Assembly (NCBI RefSeq): GCF_036321535.1 | Contig: NC_087437.1 | Location: 84,570,001-84,634,000 of the forward strand | DNA length: 64,000 bases | Direction: 5' to 3' | Origin: Camelus dromedarius | Lineage: Eukaryota | Part shown: positions 1 through 13,358 of the stretch, in pieces | Layout: each line of letters begins with the position of its first letter | Position numbering within the stretch: position 1 is the stretch's first letter | Position numbers and translations under genes: made by a program | The notes under the pieces: generated by a model | Databases searched by the model: none | What the model was told of the DNA's origin: nothing | The model's input: the letters and a program-made list of their open reading frames with translations, nothing else

Positions 1-144
1 GCTCCTTCCACCTGACTATTTCATGGTGAGTGGCTGGGGACATGGAGTATTGTGGTTGGGGTTGGGAAGGAAGGATGGGAAGAAAGCGATGAGGAAGAAG
101 CAGCAAAAGGGGGTTGAACAAGCAAATATCTAGAAACAGATACA

Positions 145-290
145 TGGCAGCTTTCATTTGTCAGAACTTAGCCACATAAATAGATATAAGAGAAGGAAAA
201 AGTAAGAAATGCAGTCTTCATTTTGGAAGATCAGATATTCAGAAAAAAAATTATCTTTGTATTACAGGAGCAAAAGAATATTGGTGGACA
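145..290 (-). mobile_element. Degenerate MaLR (MLT1J/K-like) LTR fragment
   Basis: ttcatttgtcagaacttagccacat...gaaatgcagtcttc resembles the MLT1 'cattggccagaactagtcacatg...gaaatgtagtctt' segment. Confidence 0.45.
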
Positions 291-490
291 ATGGGTACAC
301 TTATTAATATATTTTAAGAAGATAATCAAGAGGTGGAAAATTATAATTTCCTAAAGTTGAAACAATTAAATGATAGAGTGCTTTCAAATACAGAAAGTTT
401 ATCTGAGGTTTATTAACTGTTTTGCCTTTAAAAAGATACGTTTTTTCACTTAGAAATTCTGATGACTTCACGTTGGATTGATTGATTTGC

Positions 491-636
491 TTTTTTTTTT
501 TTTTTTTTTTTTTTGGTAGGGGTAGGTAATTAGAATTTATTTACTTATTTATTCTTAAAGGAGGTTCCAGGGATTGAACCCAGAACCTCATATATTCTAA
601 GCATGCACTCTACCATGTAAGCTATACCCTACCCCC
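491..636 (-). mobile_element. Camelid Vic-1-type tRNA-derived SINE with poly(A) tail
   Basis: Reverse complement reads ggggtagggtatagcttacatggtagagtgcatgcttag...gaggttctgggttcaatccctggaacctcc (pol III A and B boxes). T24 at 491-514 is the tail. Confidence 0.85.
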
Positions 637-1489
637 TGGATTTATTTTTATCTTTTGTGTTGATGGTTACCAGAATTACAATGGGAAAGAATGTCACTTG
701 TAAAAAGTGAAACAGAAAAACCTCTCAAAGAATAATAAACACCCTAATCCTACCAATCAGAAACAACAATTGCTATTGATTTTGGGTGCATTACCTTTTA
801 AACTGTTAGTCACTCTGTGTGTTCTTCATGGTCTGTCACATAGAAAGAAATTAAAACTTTAGAAAATCAAATTTTAGTTTTAAGTTGTACTACATAACTC
901 ATTAATTTGTGGCAAATATTCTTATTATGTATATAGACTTTTCAACATACTTCACTGTAGTGCTTAAGTAGGTAATCAATAAAAAAGTAAAATGTAAAAA
1001 GTATACAATATTAAATGATAGGTGAGGTGGAAAGAACAAGTAGTTGAACTTAAGTGGTGCTTAGTTATAAAAGACTCAATTTCTTCTGAGAATCCAAGCA
1101 TTTCATTACTTTCTCTATATTTAGTAAAAATGATTTGACATATATTTTAATTCAGAATATTTTGCTAATTCCCAGGAAAATCTGAGTACATGTATTACTC
1201 GCCAAATCTAAATTAATGCATTTTCCAGCCTCATCACAATATGTGCTTGCATAAATTCAAGATGTTTGTGTCAAGATCTTCTTGTTCCAATGCACCTCTT
1301 TGAAAGAAGTCTGTGAACAGTACATAAGAAAAGTGATTTATTATATAACTGCACTTCATGACATACAATTTGAACAAGTTGCTTCATTCATTGTAGTAAT
1401 GATGACATGATATTTATGGTTCCCACTTTAAAATTTGATAATTGAATTATCGTTCTTAGTAATTTAGCATATACATTAGACGTTACTAA

Positions 1490-1890
1490 CATTTACGACT
1501 ATCCAGATTTTCTCTTCTTCCTGAGCACTTGGAATATAAATTTTTCAGCTTTCTTGCAACATAGTGTGAACATTTGAGTATTTCTGGCCAACAGGCTGTA
1601 AAAAAATTAGTAGACATCATTTCTAGGGTGAATTATAAAACAGTAGTTGAGATCTTATCATATTCTCTTTTCCCAAGTTGCAGGAGATGGCAGTCATATT
1701 GTTGAATCCCAGTCACCCTGGATTTATGAGTAGCTACTTACAGCATTGCCCCCAGTTGTCCAACTCTCTTGCATTGGACATTTGGTGTATATGAAAGATA
1801 AAAACAAACAACTTTTGTTAATTTAAGACATTGAGATTTTGGATTGTTAATTTTTCTGGCAGTGAAACTAGAATGTCGTGATTAATATAA
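1490..1890 (+). mobile_element. MaLR LTR (MLT1I/J-like)
   Basis: tttcagctttcttgcaac...tttctggccaacaggctg and 3' end ttaagacattgagattttggattgtt...gattaata match MLT1 motifs. Confidence 0.6.
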
Positions 1891-2929
1891 CTTGGAACAG
1901 ATGAAACTTTAAGTTTTATTATTTTTTTTATTTATCTCTGAAATCATAGAATAAAGGACTTTTGAATATAATACTATCTTGCATCCAGTTTGTTTCTGGT
2001 AGACCCCCAAATTTTCTTATTATTAGTTTATAAAAATGTAATTAAAAGTTGAATTGTAAATAAATATATTACTTATATGTTTTATTGTTTTACATGTAGT
2101 TACTAATGTATTTGATGTAGTATTTTGGCATAACATTTAAATAACTATCATAGAATCATAGAGACAGAGAAAACATTTATTTGTTGACTTCCCATATTAA
2201 GGTTGCAAATTTATTCATGAGTATTTTCAACGTTCATACCTAAAATTGAAATTTTATAACTGTAACAATGGCCTTCTATTATTTCTCATTCAAAATTTCC
2301 AGTTAATCAATTTGTATAGACACTAAGAAAAGCAGAAATCAGACAGAAAACCAAATTCTCATATGTTGCATAAGTTTAAGGAAAAAAATCCCAACTTTCA
2401 ATTCACAGTCAAAATTTGATTTGAAGTACTGAATTTGAACATATTTTATGAAAGTATGTTTGTGTGTGAGTTGTTGCTCTGAGGTTAGATGTAAGGTGAA
2501 AAAGGAATAGCAGAGATGAACTCTTTCCTGATTATTCCAGGCAATAGAGCAATCTTTCATGAGATACTCAAGTTATTTTTTAAGAAGTCTGATATTTTGT
2601 TCCAGATAATTTATCTAATTCTCTGTATGAACATGAGGAGAACTTTATCGTCTCATTCAATTTTATTTTAATTTCAAAGAATACAAGTGTAAGTAAAGAG
2701 TAGTATATTTAAAATTAAGTCTACAGTAATCTTTGTTATAAAACCCTTTAGCTTTTGTCAAATAGGTTTCTGTGAGAAGTAAGCCCTAAAGTCCTGAAAC
2801 ATCCATTGCATATAGTAAATTAACTGCTTTCCTGTGCATCTAGAATGGTGCCACTTAGGCACTGTCTTTGAAAAAAATTGAGAAAATAGTAAAATTATTT
2901 TCTGTGTTCAGTAGAGTTGAGAAAGCCAT

Positions 2930-3310
2930 TAAGAATCACTCTATATTACCTATAGGATAAAGTCCAAGCTTCTTCAAAGGACATATAAAAGCCTCATTGA
3001 CCTGGCCTTGGACATCTTGCCCAGATTTGTCACCAGGCCCCGACTGTAGCCTACAAGAAATAACTTACAGTTCTCTCCACATGTAGTGATGCTTCTTGCT
3101 TCCACTACTTGAATGTTTGTTTTTGTCAGTTCCATTTAACAGCTTAATATATATTCATATTCCTTCTCCCAGGAAACCATCAATGATTTCCAATAGGAGA
3201 TTAGTTTATTGCCTGTTATTCTTGTTAAGTCTTGTCCAGCAAATACCAGTCAGCTCCACCACCCTTTTAGTTTTTATTGTCTCATGTTTTTCAAGTGCTA
3301 GAGAAGTTGT
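2930..3310 (+). mobile_element. L2 LINE fragment
   Basis: attacctataggataaagtccaagcttctt...aagcctcattgacctggcc is a typical L2 3' region. Confidence 0.6.
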
Positions 3311-3554
3311 GTAACCAGTGTGCTTCTATGTGTACTTCATCTTTATCTACCTGGATGAGGCTCTTAGTAATTGGGAAACTACACCATGTGAGAGTTTAGC
3401 ACCGTCCCATTTACCATCAACAATGTGGTCTTTGTTGACATCTGATCAAAGGACACAATTCCTAAAGCTCATTCTGAAGACTCTTCTCTTATGCCACCTC
3501 TGGTTCCAGCTCTCTTACTTCGTAGTTCATTCATACCGCACCAAAAAAAAAAAA

Positions 3555-3935
3555 AAATGATGAAACAAGGACTTAATTGCAGCTTATTAATTTGGGAAGT
3601 AGTCTTAGGAAGCATAAAAGAAATGAGGGGAAAAAAAAGTGTGTCAAGGGTATCGATAGCATTTTGCCACTTTGGGAAACAAGGACTAAATAGCAATGGG
3701 GACCTCTGCAAGAACACATACTGAACACGCATCACAGTGGTCTTCAAGTGTTGGTGTGTTAATTTCCCCAGTTTCTACCTTGAGCCTGTAGTGGTGGGTG
3801 AAGTAAGTACCCGAAGTGCTGAAAATTATTTAGGCAAAGGGCTTATCAGTCTACTGGATATCTTGAACCATAGCTGCAGGTGACTTCAGGTGGGTTGAGC
3901 TGATCCAGGGCATGGTGGTAACAGTGTCCACTATA
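3555..3935 (-). mobile_element. ERVL LTR (LTR16-like) fragment
   Basis: gaaacaaggacttaattgcagcttattaatttgggaagtagtcttaggaagc resembles the reverse of the LTR16 3' end. Confidence 0.5.
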
Positions 3936-6354
3936 TTGTCTCAAGACTTCTTCGCATAATGCCACACATTATAGCTATCAGTGTTCATATTTTCCATGCT
4001 GGACTAAGAAATTTGAAAGAGAAAATTATACATGACCGTCCCTGGCACACACTGTAAGGTCTGATAACTGTTAACAATTCCTGTGGATTTAATTTCCCAA
4101 TTGATTCTTAAATTTGCCTTCCAGTCTCTCCCCAGAACTCTACCCATTTCCACATTTTTTTCTACCTCAGTATTAGAATTAGAATACCTTCCTGACTTTC
4201 CTTCTTTTGTCTTGCTTTCCCCTTATCCAACTTCCCCATTGTTGTATTAGTGATCTTTCTAAAAATTTCACTGCTTAAAATAACGTGGAAGCTTCTCAAG
4301 TTATATATAAATAGCTACCATTTATTAAGTCAGTATGTATGAGATCATTTCAAAGCACTTTACAAAACTCATTTTATAGTCTTACCAACTGGAAAAAAAT
4401 GTTCTCTTTAGAAAATATTTGTCTTCTGGAAAAGAGAAAGTTATAAGGGGTTTGCTCTTTGAAATGTTTATATGTAACACAGGCCACACCAGCTTTTAAT
4501 ACAAAAAATTGAATGTTGGTAACATAAGTAACTCATATTTCTCTGGGTCCGATCCTCACCTGTTACATTAGGACCTTAGCAGTGTGACATCCTATAAAAA
4601 TGTCCTCCAGCATTTCTGAGCATTCTTTAGGAGTGATCCTTGTAAGTCTCTGAAACAAATCTGTCAGCTCCTACGGGAAACAACAGCTTCTGTAGATGCT
4701 GCTGATGAACTCAAGCCCTGACAGTGTCTGCTAAATGTGGCAGTGTGTGAAGAAACAGCATCTTCCGTGTTTTTATTTTATTGAAAGAAAAATAGTATTT
4801 TTTTATACCTGGGGATTTTACAGCATTTTTATCTAAAAATATAATCTTTCAAGTTTTTGTTTAAGGCCTCTCTCTCACTCTAGAAAACATGCTAGTCCCT
4901 GAGAGGTTGAATCTGAAGCTAATGTGAGAGGCAGAGCTCTGCTCTTCTCAGAAACAATCTTCCTTTTTCATGTGAGGTTGTTGTAACTCAACCATGCCCT
5001 TTCCATGTGCCTATCAAAAGGCTCTGCATTGGTCATTCCACCTGTTTACATATATGACATGGTCATAACTGCATCCCAGGAGACAATGTGTTTAAATTTC
5101 AATTGTATTTTCTGCTGAAAAATGTTATTTATAATTTTTATTATATAATAAAACAGAAAAATCAACAGTGCAATCTTACATAATTTCATAATTTTTGTAT
5201 TACCTTCCAATCAATATTTGAATAAATATTAATTTTTTAAAGCTAAAAGGAATAAAAACTTTATGGGAATAAACTGACTTAGTTCTCATATATGTGAAAG
5301 TCTATTTTGAATGCATACTTTTCCTACAAGGCATATTATGATATATGAGATTCATTGCCCTATGCTGATGTGCACTCTGGGAAGAACATGTTTTGAGGTA
5401 GAAGAGAATGGGGTGCATGACTGACTAAAGATCTATTCAGAAGCATGTGTCCATTTCAAGTGGCTTCAGAGTAATGGTTGAACAATGTCTTAGCCTCTTC
5501 AATTAAGGCTTTTCACAGAAACCTACAAAGCCATATTTGCCACATTTCTATCAGTAATGGTATAGAATTTAGAGAGCTGGATTGTATCTTTCAGAAGTCG
5601 AGCTCTGTAGCACAGTTAATAGATTGTTACTTTTTGAAATAGCCTCATCCTACTGTGGAATAAAAAAGACATCCTTCAAAGAGAAAGCTGATATGATCCC
5701 TTGTCAGGGAGGTCATGGAGAGCATTTTTGTTTTAAAATACGTAACCCCCAGAACCCCTTGCTGCCCTAAGTTTCTATAAATTAATGTTATTTTAGTTTC
5801 TGTCTATAAATCATTTCTCTAACATGATTTATTTTCAGTTTACCTCCATGTTTGCAATAGAACTTGCTCTGGGTTACCTTCAATAAAAGAAAGGTCAGTG
5901 GATAAATAATGATGTTACCAATACAATGAGATTTTAAACACTGAACACTCAACCCACCAAAAGAAGAAAATGTAACTGAAGCTAGCTACATATGTAGCTG
6001 TGGAACAGAAAATCTGCATGATGGGTAATCCACAATCAGGTGACTAAAGCACTATTAGACCGGATCTTGGAATTTGAGTACAAAGTTAATAGAATTCAGT
6101 TTGTGTGAATGCTTTTATGTGATTTTACAGTTTGTCCCAGCAACATGTATGAGAGGCACTGGGAAACTGATGTCATCAAGGTGATTCTGCTGGTGAGATG
6201 GAGTAGAACTGCAGGAGTCATCTAGACTATATGTTGGGTCTATCAAATCCAAATTCCAATCAATAATAACAGGAGATGTCCTCACAGCTGGGGATACTTA
6301 AGGAAATATTGAATTTTGAGTAAGTAGTTTTTGTTCAGTCACTTTTTAAAATGC

Positions 6355-6490
6355 ATTACATTAAGCAACTGATGTTACCTCCTCATCTGCAAAGTGGGGT
6401 TATTGATACCGACTTACTAGGGCCATTATGAGGATTTCAGTAATTAAATGTGAAAATGCCTGGTCCAGTAAGAAACTCATTAAGTCTTAA
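6355..6490 (+). mobile_element. MIR SINE fragment
   Basis: cctcatctgcaaagtgggg...attatgaggatt MIR core. Confidence 0.65.
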
Positions 6491-7569
6491 GTGAGCCTGA
6501 AACTTTTAGCTAAAAATGAAAAAAAATTATTTCTGTTTTATATAAGGACTTTTGAATCATTCTCGACATGCTTGCTATAGTATAAGCACCAGGTTATTTT
6601 AACTCTTGAAGAAAACAGTTTTTATTTATATAAAGTTTGCTCAAAAAACCTTTATTTTATTTGTGGATATTGTAAAATCATTAGTATCGCCACATCTCCC
6701 TAATCTTTACCATAATCCTTTCCTAAGGCTTGTACTCCATTCAATTCTGTTTCATTATTTCTTTAAGATAAGTCATGCATTTAACCACCTTTAACTCACC
6801 AGAAACCTGGCCACAATTTACCCTTATCTGTCATATATGTGGAAACTAAAAGATGGATGGAGAAGTGAGGTTTGATTGAAGGACAGAATGACAGTATGAA
6901 TTGTGGGAGGCATAGACATAGGTTTGGGGAAGGGATCAAGTTTAAACATATATTTTGCATATACTGCTAGATTTGACAAAAAATAAATAAAGGCAAAATA
7001 GCCCCCTCCCAGCATTCTTATATTTGATGGGGCTCTTTAGACATATCAAAATATCTTATATTATTAATATATAGAAGTTGGGTTGAAAACAATTGACATT
7101 CAGGTAGTAGGTATAGATAATTTCTCTTGCTTTCTTCCTTTACTATATTCTTTTTTCTTCTTTCTTCTTCTTCTTTTTTTTTTCCTTTTCTGAAAGCTAA
7201 TAAATTGTGCCTATCAGTGGTACTTAGTGGAAATGTATGTAAATACTAATTAACTCAAGGCACTTGGGGTTCCTTGACCTGAGGTGATAGTCTTTTCCCA
7301 AGTTAACTGCTGTATTTTGAATTTATGTTCAGGGAAGCTGTGCCATTCCTGTAAAATGGTGATTCTCTGTTGAAGATAGCATTTTTTGCCAAGATATGAT
7401 TCTTTATATATACAGAATGAATGCAAATGGCCTTTCATAAAATATGAATGAAACCTGATTCATGGCTCAATTTTAAAGTCTTCACATTTATCTTCAGTAG
7501 GTTGTATATGACATGTTTATTAAATTCTGATTAATAAATTAGTAAGACAGAAGTGGGTATCTCAAGACT

Positions 7570-7720
7570 TTGCACTTCAAAATCAGAGGCAGGAAATTCA
7601 GATCTCAGTTCTGTATCTTATTATTTTTGCTCCTTCGACAAACTACTTATTCATCTGAGTTTCAATTTCTTTCATCTCAAAATATATAATAAAATAGATT
7701 ACCAAATGACCTTTCTAAAC
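7570..7720 (+). mobile_element. MIR SINE fragment
   Basis: aattcagatctcagttctg...tctgagtttcaatttctttcatct. Confidence 0.55.
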
Positions 7721-7899
7721 ATTGATTTAGAGAGAAACTAAAAGGGCCTACGAAATAATAGATACTGAACATATATTATATTACCACAACAGACAGAAAC
7801 TAATTATTAATGATAATGCATTTTAACATTACACTGTAATAAGATTTATTAGCATGTTTTAAAAAGTGGAATGTCATAATTTTTGTAATACTGGCATAT

Positions 7900-8135
7900 A
7901 GTAATAGCTAATTTTATTAGAGAGCTTTGATATATACAAAGTAATTCTATGTACATTATTTTACTTGCTTCCCAAACAAAGCTTGAAAAATTAGTAGAGT
8001 AAAAAAATAATTACATACATAGTTTTAAAAATGAAAAAACTGAAGCGTATAAAGATATTTGACTGAAATCACACACATTGAATGACACAGGATAAAAACC
8101 TGGGCATTTTGCCCTCAAATTTTAATATTTCCACC
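7900..8135 (-). mobile_element. MIR SINE fragment
   Basis: gctaattttattagagagctt...aatgaaaaaactgaagc...aaatcacaca, the reverse MIR layout. Confidence 0.5.
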
Positions 8136-9764
8136 AAAATATGCTATAAGTTACAATATGTCTTTTAGGTTTTAGCGAAATAGTTACTAGAAAAAATGTT
8201 TCTCTCACACAGGAAAAAAAAAAAAGAGCAAAATGGCTAAGCATTGTCAAGAACTCATCCATTTGTCATTGAAGAACTGATGACATTATTTCTAAAGATG
8301 ATCTTTCTCTTCTTGTTATTTTATACTAATCAAGAGATATGTTCATATTTTCCTGTTCTACATTCTGAAATGAATTTGTTACATAGATAACCAAAGAGTT
8401 CTGGATTACTTTCTAATAAGTGATACAATATTCATGCATGGATTGGTGTTTACTTTACAAGTCAACCTTTTTATGTTCATATAGTAAGTCAGTTTGGTAA
8501 CTATGCATCAGAGATCACAGTCTGAAATGGGAGAAGTGAATTGAAATAAGATGTTTAATTTGTGAGAGAAAAATAAAAATGTGGGCTTATGTTTAAAGCT
8601 TCTATAGTTGAAGAGTCAACTTGTATGTATATAACCAACCAGATCCTGATTCCCTCGTACTTTATTTTATTACTGTATTCCATGTGTAGTAATATAGTGG
8701 AAATCAAAACAACTGCTTTACAATTTTAATTAAAAGTAGATCTTAAAGACAAAAAAACTGAATATTAAATTTTTTCTAAACTTCCTTATCCTCAGGAGGG
8801 GATATTATAAAATCTGAATGGCATATCTATTTTGTACCTTGAAAGTCTTCATACATATAATATTTTACATCGAGGCTTATTATTAGAACCCCAAATTAAA
8901 TGTCTACTAAAAGTTCAGTCATCATACTACCTGACAGTGGCCAAGGGAATTCTTAATAGCTTAAAAAACAAGAGGAATATCAGCATAATATAATGTGTGA
9001 AGCATTTTATTAGGTAGATAAAAATACACAGAAAGACCAAAAAAAGAAAGTGAGTATTATACATGTGTATTTACATATAAAACATTTATGTCATAGATAT
9101 ATTTATATTGATGGGTTGCCATTTGGCTGGATAATCACTGTAGTTCTATTTCATTTAAGGTTATTTTAATAACCAAATGAATTAGAAGTTATTAAAACAG
9201 ATTTGGCTGGATGAATCCCCAAGTACATTTATTACCTTATGTCAACTTTTAGAGTTTCTAGAATATACCTAATCAGGGGACTGTCTCTGCAGAAATAGTG
9301 CAAATGATTGTGAATTCTTCCCTAGATCTATGTTTTTCCTTAAAGAATGCTCTTATGCAAGCTGCTATCAAGTCACCATATTTTAACACCTCCTTTACTC
9401 TTCCTTTCTCCCTGATACACTTTTTCAACACTGAGTAGGAAAAATATTCAAATGTAACCAACCAGTAGGGAAAACAAGGGAAATCAATGATTGATGTTAT
9501 CCATATATTGAATGGGCAGTGATTTTATAATCCTAATATTTTATCAGTTCTGAAACTGCAGTTTACTTAATGACATGGATGAAGCATCATCCCTAATTAA
9601 AGTGGTTTCTTATATTTATTAATATATATTTGATTTCTCATAAAAGCTTATTGATTTATTCCATCTTGGCTCTCATTTAATAACAGAAATTCTCTTAAAA
9701 AGGGAATTTTATCACAAGTATACCATTTGTTGTCCTACAGAATACATTTTTTTCTGAAGACCGA

Positions 9765-10171
9765 TGTTAAGTTATTAGTATTTAACATAATAGTAGCTAA
9801 ATGGCACACCCACCAGTGCCATGACTGTTCAAAGTTGCTATGACAACCGAAAAAGTCCATGCAAGGTCTGAAAAGCTAGTACAAAGACTGATCGGCTCCC
9901 TCATACCTGGAAGGAGGACATCATGGCAGAAACCTCTCATAAAAGTCCACATGGCCTGACCAGGGCGGAGCTGTCTCTGCTGGCCAGCTTGGCTGATGGC
10001 TCCCTGCTCGAGTGCTTCCTTTCCTTCTCTGTTTTTGAGCACTTTCCTTCCTTTTCCACCTCGGAGAAATAAAAGCAGTTTTCGTTCTGTCCCTCTGCCT
10101 CAACTGTGAATTCTTTACAGCCAAAAGGCAAGGACCCATACTTTGGTGGGCCTCCTAATTTAGGGGTCTCA
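9765..10171 (+). mobile_element. ERV1 solo LTR, MER41-like
   Basis: cacacccaccagtgccatgac...gttgctatgacaac resembles the MER41 core. AATAAA at 10068-10073; ends ...ggtctCA. No clear TSD, so the 5' boundary is uncertain. Confidence 0.6.
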
Positions 10172-10179
10172 CTATCCAC

Positions 10180-10310
10180 TAACATATATATGTATATGTA
10201 TAATTGAATCACTTTGCTATATATACTTGAAACTAACACAACATTGTAAATTAACGACTTCAATTTTTTAAAAATCTGAAAATACAAATAAAAAACAGTA
10301 ATAATAATAA
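10180..10310 (+). mobile_element. L1 extreme 3' end with A-rich tail
   Basis: gtataattgaatcactttgctata...gaaactaacacaacattgtaaattaacgacttcaat is the usual cetartiodactyl L1 terminus. Confidence 0.8.
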
Positions 10311-11170
10311 AGAGTCATTAGGTTTAAATACACAAAATTGAAAGGCATGAGAATATTATATAGAAATCAGAAAGAGTGAAGAGAGTTATAGGGTCTGAAG
10401 AGTCTCGCTTTGTCTGGGAAGAAATACAATTGTGGGTAACATTAGACTAAATAAACCAAGATTTATGTTTAACCATTGAAACAATGGTAAATGAGTTTAT
10501 AAGTTCTGTGCTGTTTATTCTGTTTGCCATACTCTAGATAGACCAGTTTTCTTTCTTTGTCCTGTTATTTACCCCAAGAGGCTGACATTACATGACCATT
10601 CTTGCCCTTTGATCTCTTATTAGCTTTGTCTAATAGAAGGCACTGGCATGAAATCTGAAGTTAGGAGAAGAAAAATTGGGTATTTTCTCCTGATCCAATC
10701 TTTCTGGCAGTTATTATCCCACTAAGACTACATTTGGAAGAGCCTCTGATATTCAGGGGCTGAAGGCTGCATTAACTCCATTTCCTCTCTTGCCCTTTAG
10801 ACATATGTATGGTTCCTATACTACATGCACTCCATTGTTCCCTTAAACTAGTACAAAATAAATTCTTTCACTAATATGTTCAGAATTCAAAACCTTTTTT
10901 TTTTTTTTGCTAAGACAAAATTTGATAGAATTTCTCAATGAATAGAGAAAAGAATTGAATAATAAAAACATCCAACCAAACTAAAATCAGATAAAAATAA
11001 AAGAGTAAGATAATATAAACCTAGTTGATCAGAGAGCAAATATATTGTAGAATGGTAGATATAAGCATAAATATAGAAGTAATTAGATTAAATGTTAATG
11101 GGCTAAATATTCCAGTAAAAAGACTAAGATTATCAGAAAGGGAAAAGAATCAATCCAGTGAGCTTCTACA
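10310..11170 (+). mobile_element. Ancient L1M fragment (inter-ORF and ORF2 N-terminus), interrupted by an LTR
   Basis: ORF 11025-11240 contains IRLNVNGLNIPVKRLRL, matching the L1 ORF2 endonuclease start (TLNVNGLNxPIKR). Confidence 0.7.
10507..10920 (+). mobile_element. ERVL LTR33-like element
   Basis: ccccaagaggctgac...cttgccctttg...ctaatagaaggcactggcatgaaatctgaag resembles LTR33. Confidence 0.55.
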
Positions 11171-11271
11171 AAATGAGCTTATCCACATTACTGAAATCAA
11201 GTTGATGGAAAGATTTTCGTTTAAATACTTGAACATGTAAATGGAAGTATAAATAACTGAGTCAATCTAGT

Positions 11272-11762
11272 TGCAGTAGCTTATGAAAATGGCCACAAAA
11301 TATCACCCTGCATCTGCACTGTTGTAAAGTTGAACCTCTCATCAGGAAGTGATTCTATTTTCCCACTCCTTGAATTTGGCCATGACACTTGTTTTGGGCA
11401 ATGGGACATTGACAAACATGATAAAAGCAGAACCTTGAAAAGAACTGTGCTTTGAAGTTTGGTCTCATTTTGTCCATGAGCATCCTGTAAACAAATGTGA
11501 ATGAGAAAACCCAAGTTAGCCTGATGGAAGACAGAAGGCCCCACAGAGAACAGATGTGCCCTAACAGGCAATCAATCAGTTCTCCACTAAACTAGAAACT
11601 GACTGCAGGTACAAGGGTAGACCAAGCGAGAACTGCTGAGCCTGGAACAGGCCAGCAGTACAGTGATCTACTGAGCCCAAGCCAAATTGCTAATCTAGAG
11701 AATTATTAGCTAACAAATAAACACTTGATGCAGTGGTTTATTAAGAAATTAGACTAACTAGT
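11272..11762 (+). mobile_element. MaLR LTR (MLT1E/F-like)
   Basis: aaaatggccacaaaat...ttcccactccttgaatttggcc...gggcaatgggacattgacaaacatgat. Confidence 0.7.
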
Positions 11763-12394
11763 AGAGTAATTAGAAGCATTTCCAATAAATACGTTTAGAA
11801 TCATTATGATAATAGAAACAATGAATTAAATCTAATTGATCTTGGAAAATCAAAAGTTATTTCCATATTGAAAATATTTTGATGTATAAATTGTAGGTTA
11901 AATTTATTATAAAAGATTAAGGCTATACCTTTTTAATAATTAAAAATCTCTACATCTAATTTTTTATCTTTAAAATAAAGACATTGAAGTAGGATGATCA
12001 TCATTGCTAATGTTCCATGGCAGTTTTTTAGCAGAAGATTTACCATAGATACTAAATTTTATGGTGAATATCTAAATCATAATTCATAGCAAGAATGCAA
12101 TGTAAAAAGGAATAATGTTTCTGTGCCCCAATTCATTATCTAGAATACAATTGGAGTGTTGTACCAAAGTTTATTTATGGTCATAATACTTAACGTCTTT
12201 CTGCTAGTAAAATAAGACTCTTAATTTTAAAAATCTGTACCAGATTTTCAATTCCATATCCTTAGACTTCTGCAGCCTTATTAAGATATAATAATAATAA
12301 GAGTAAAGAAGATAGGAAAAGAGAAAGCAGGAAAATATCAAGTACTGCTCAGAGTTTATAGAAGGCTTTGTTGTGCTGAGTTAGCCTCGTGGAC

Positions 12395-12535
12395 AAAGTG
12401 TATTCCATTGATAACCTGCATTAGAATCACCAGGGTGTTGTCAGAAATGTAGATTTCTAGCGTCTTTCTTTAATTTTCTGAATCTGAGTTTTAGATTAGC
12501 CATAGTGTTTCTGAGCCTTTGGTGCACCTTCTATT
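12395..12535. mobile_element. MER5-like hAT-Charlie fragment
   Basis: ctgcattagaatcaccagggtgttgtcagaaatgtagatttctag...tgaatctgag. Confidence 0.55.
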
Positions 12536-12873
12536 CACCTGTATTCTTGGGATTCAAAAGCCAAAATACAGACAGACTAGGTGTAATATGGGACTTTAGT
12601 TTATATTTTTATAATGAATTACCAGTGGTCAAAAAACCATACTGTTGGAATATTGCTTCCTACTGCCTTTTATTAGCTTCAGTATTTGATGGATCCTCAG
12701 TAATATGCTTCATACAGTGTCTTATTATGGAAAATGCTTAACTGATATTTATCATTGAATTGATGGCATATTTAGATCTGTTCTTTTTCAGAATGGGCAA
12801 TATTGTATTTTTAATTCTTGGAATGATTTTATAGTAGATATTATATCAACTATATATATATATGTCATACACT

Positions 12874-13358
12874 CATTAAAGAAAAAACTCAATGACACAT
12901 GTTAAATATGGCAAGGCAGATTTTGTTCAGGACCATCACAGTAGTAGAGGGACCACTGCAATGGAATTTTACAGTGGAGGAGAGAGATTGGGCTCAACTC
13001 CAAATACAGCGTGAGTAAAGTGGTTTTATAGTGAAGGAGCAAGGTTGGGGGTGATGGTCAGTGGATACAAAATTATTCAGAAGAAACCTTAGAGTTAAGA
13101 GGGATTCTGGCTGAACTGAACTAAAAAGATTCTTCACTAGGGCAAAGCAGGGTAATTAGATACCACATGAGGGATAGTGGAGGATGAGGAGCAAGATCAG
13201 ATATCAAAGGTGATCAGAAATGGAGGGTGAGAAGTTCTAGTTAAACTGACTTAGTAGGGTTCTTTTTAAAACTAGAGTTTACAAAGAAGTGAACACTTGT
13301 GCCTAGGAGAAGATTCAGGAGCCTGACTAAAGTTTGGTCAAGCAAAGAATCTTCGTCA
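12874..13358 (-). mobile_element. ERV1 solo LTR (MER31/MER67 group)
   Basis: Reverse strand starts TGACgaagattctttgcttgaccaaactttagtcaggctcctgaa; also contains gagagattgggctcaactccaaatacagc. Confidence 0.75.

Noticed and set aside
560..636. tRNA-like sequence
   Set aside because: It is the head of a SINE with a tail, not a tRNA gene.
4631..4641. ag|GAGTGATCCTT|gtaagt micro-exon
   Set aside because: 11 nt, not frame-preserving, short pyrimidine tract; expected by chance.
5984..5999. 16-bp palindrome agctacatatgtagct
   Set aside because: About one such palindrome is expected by chance in 64 kb.
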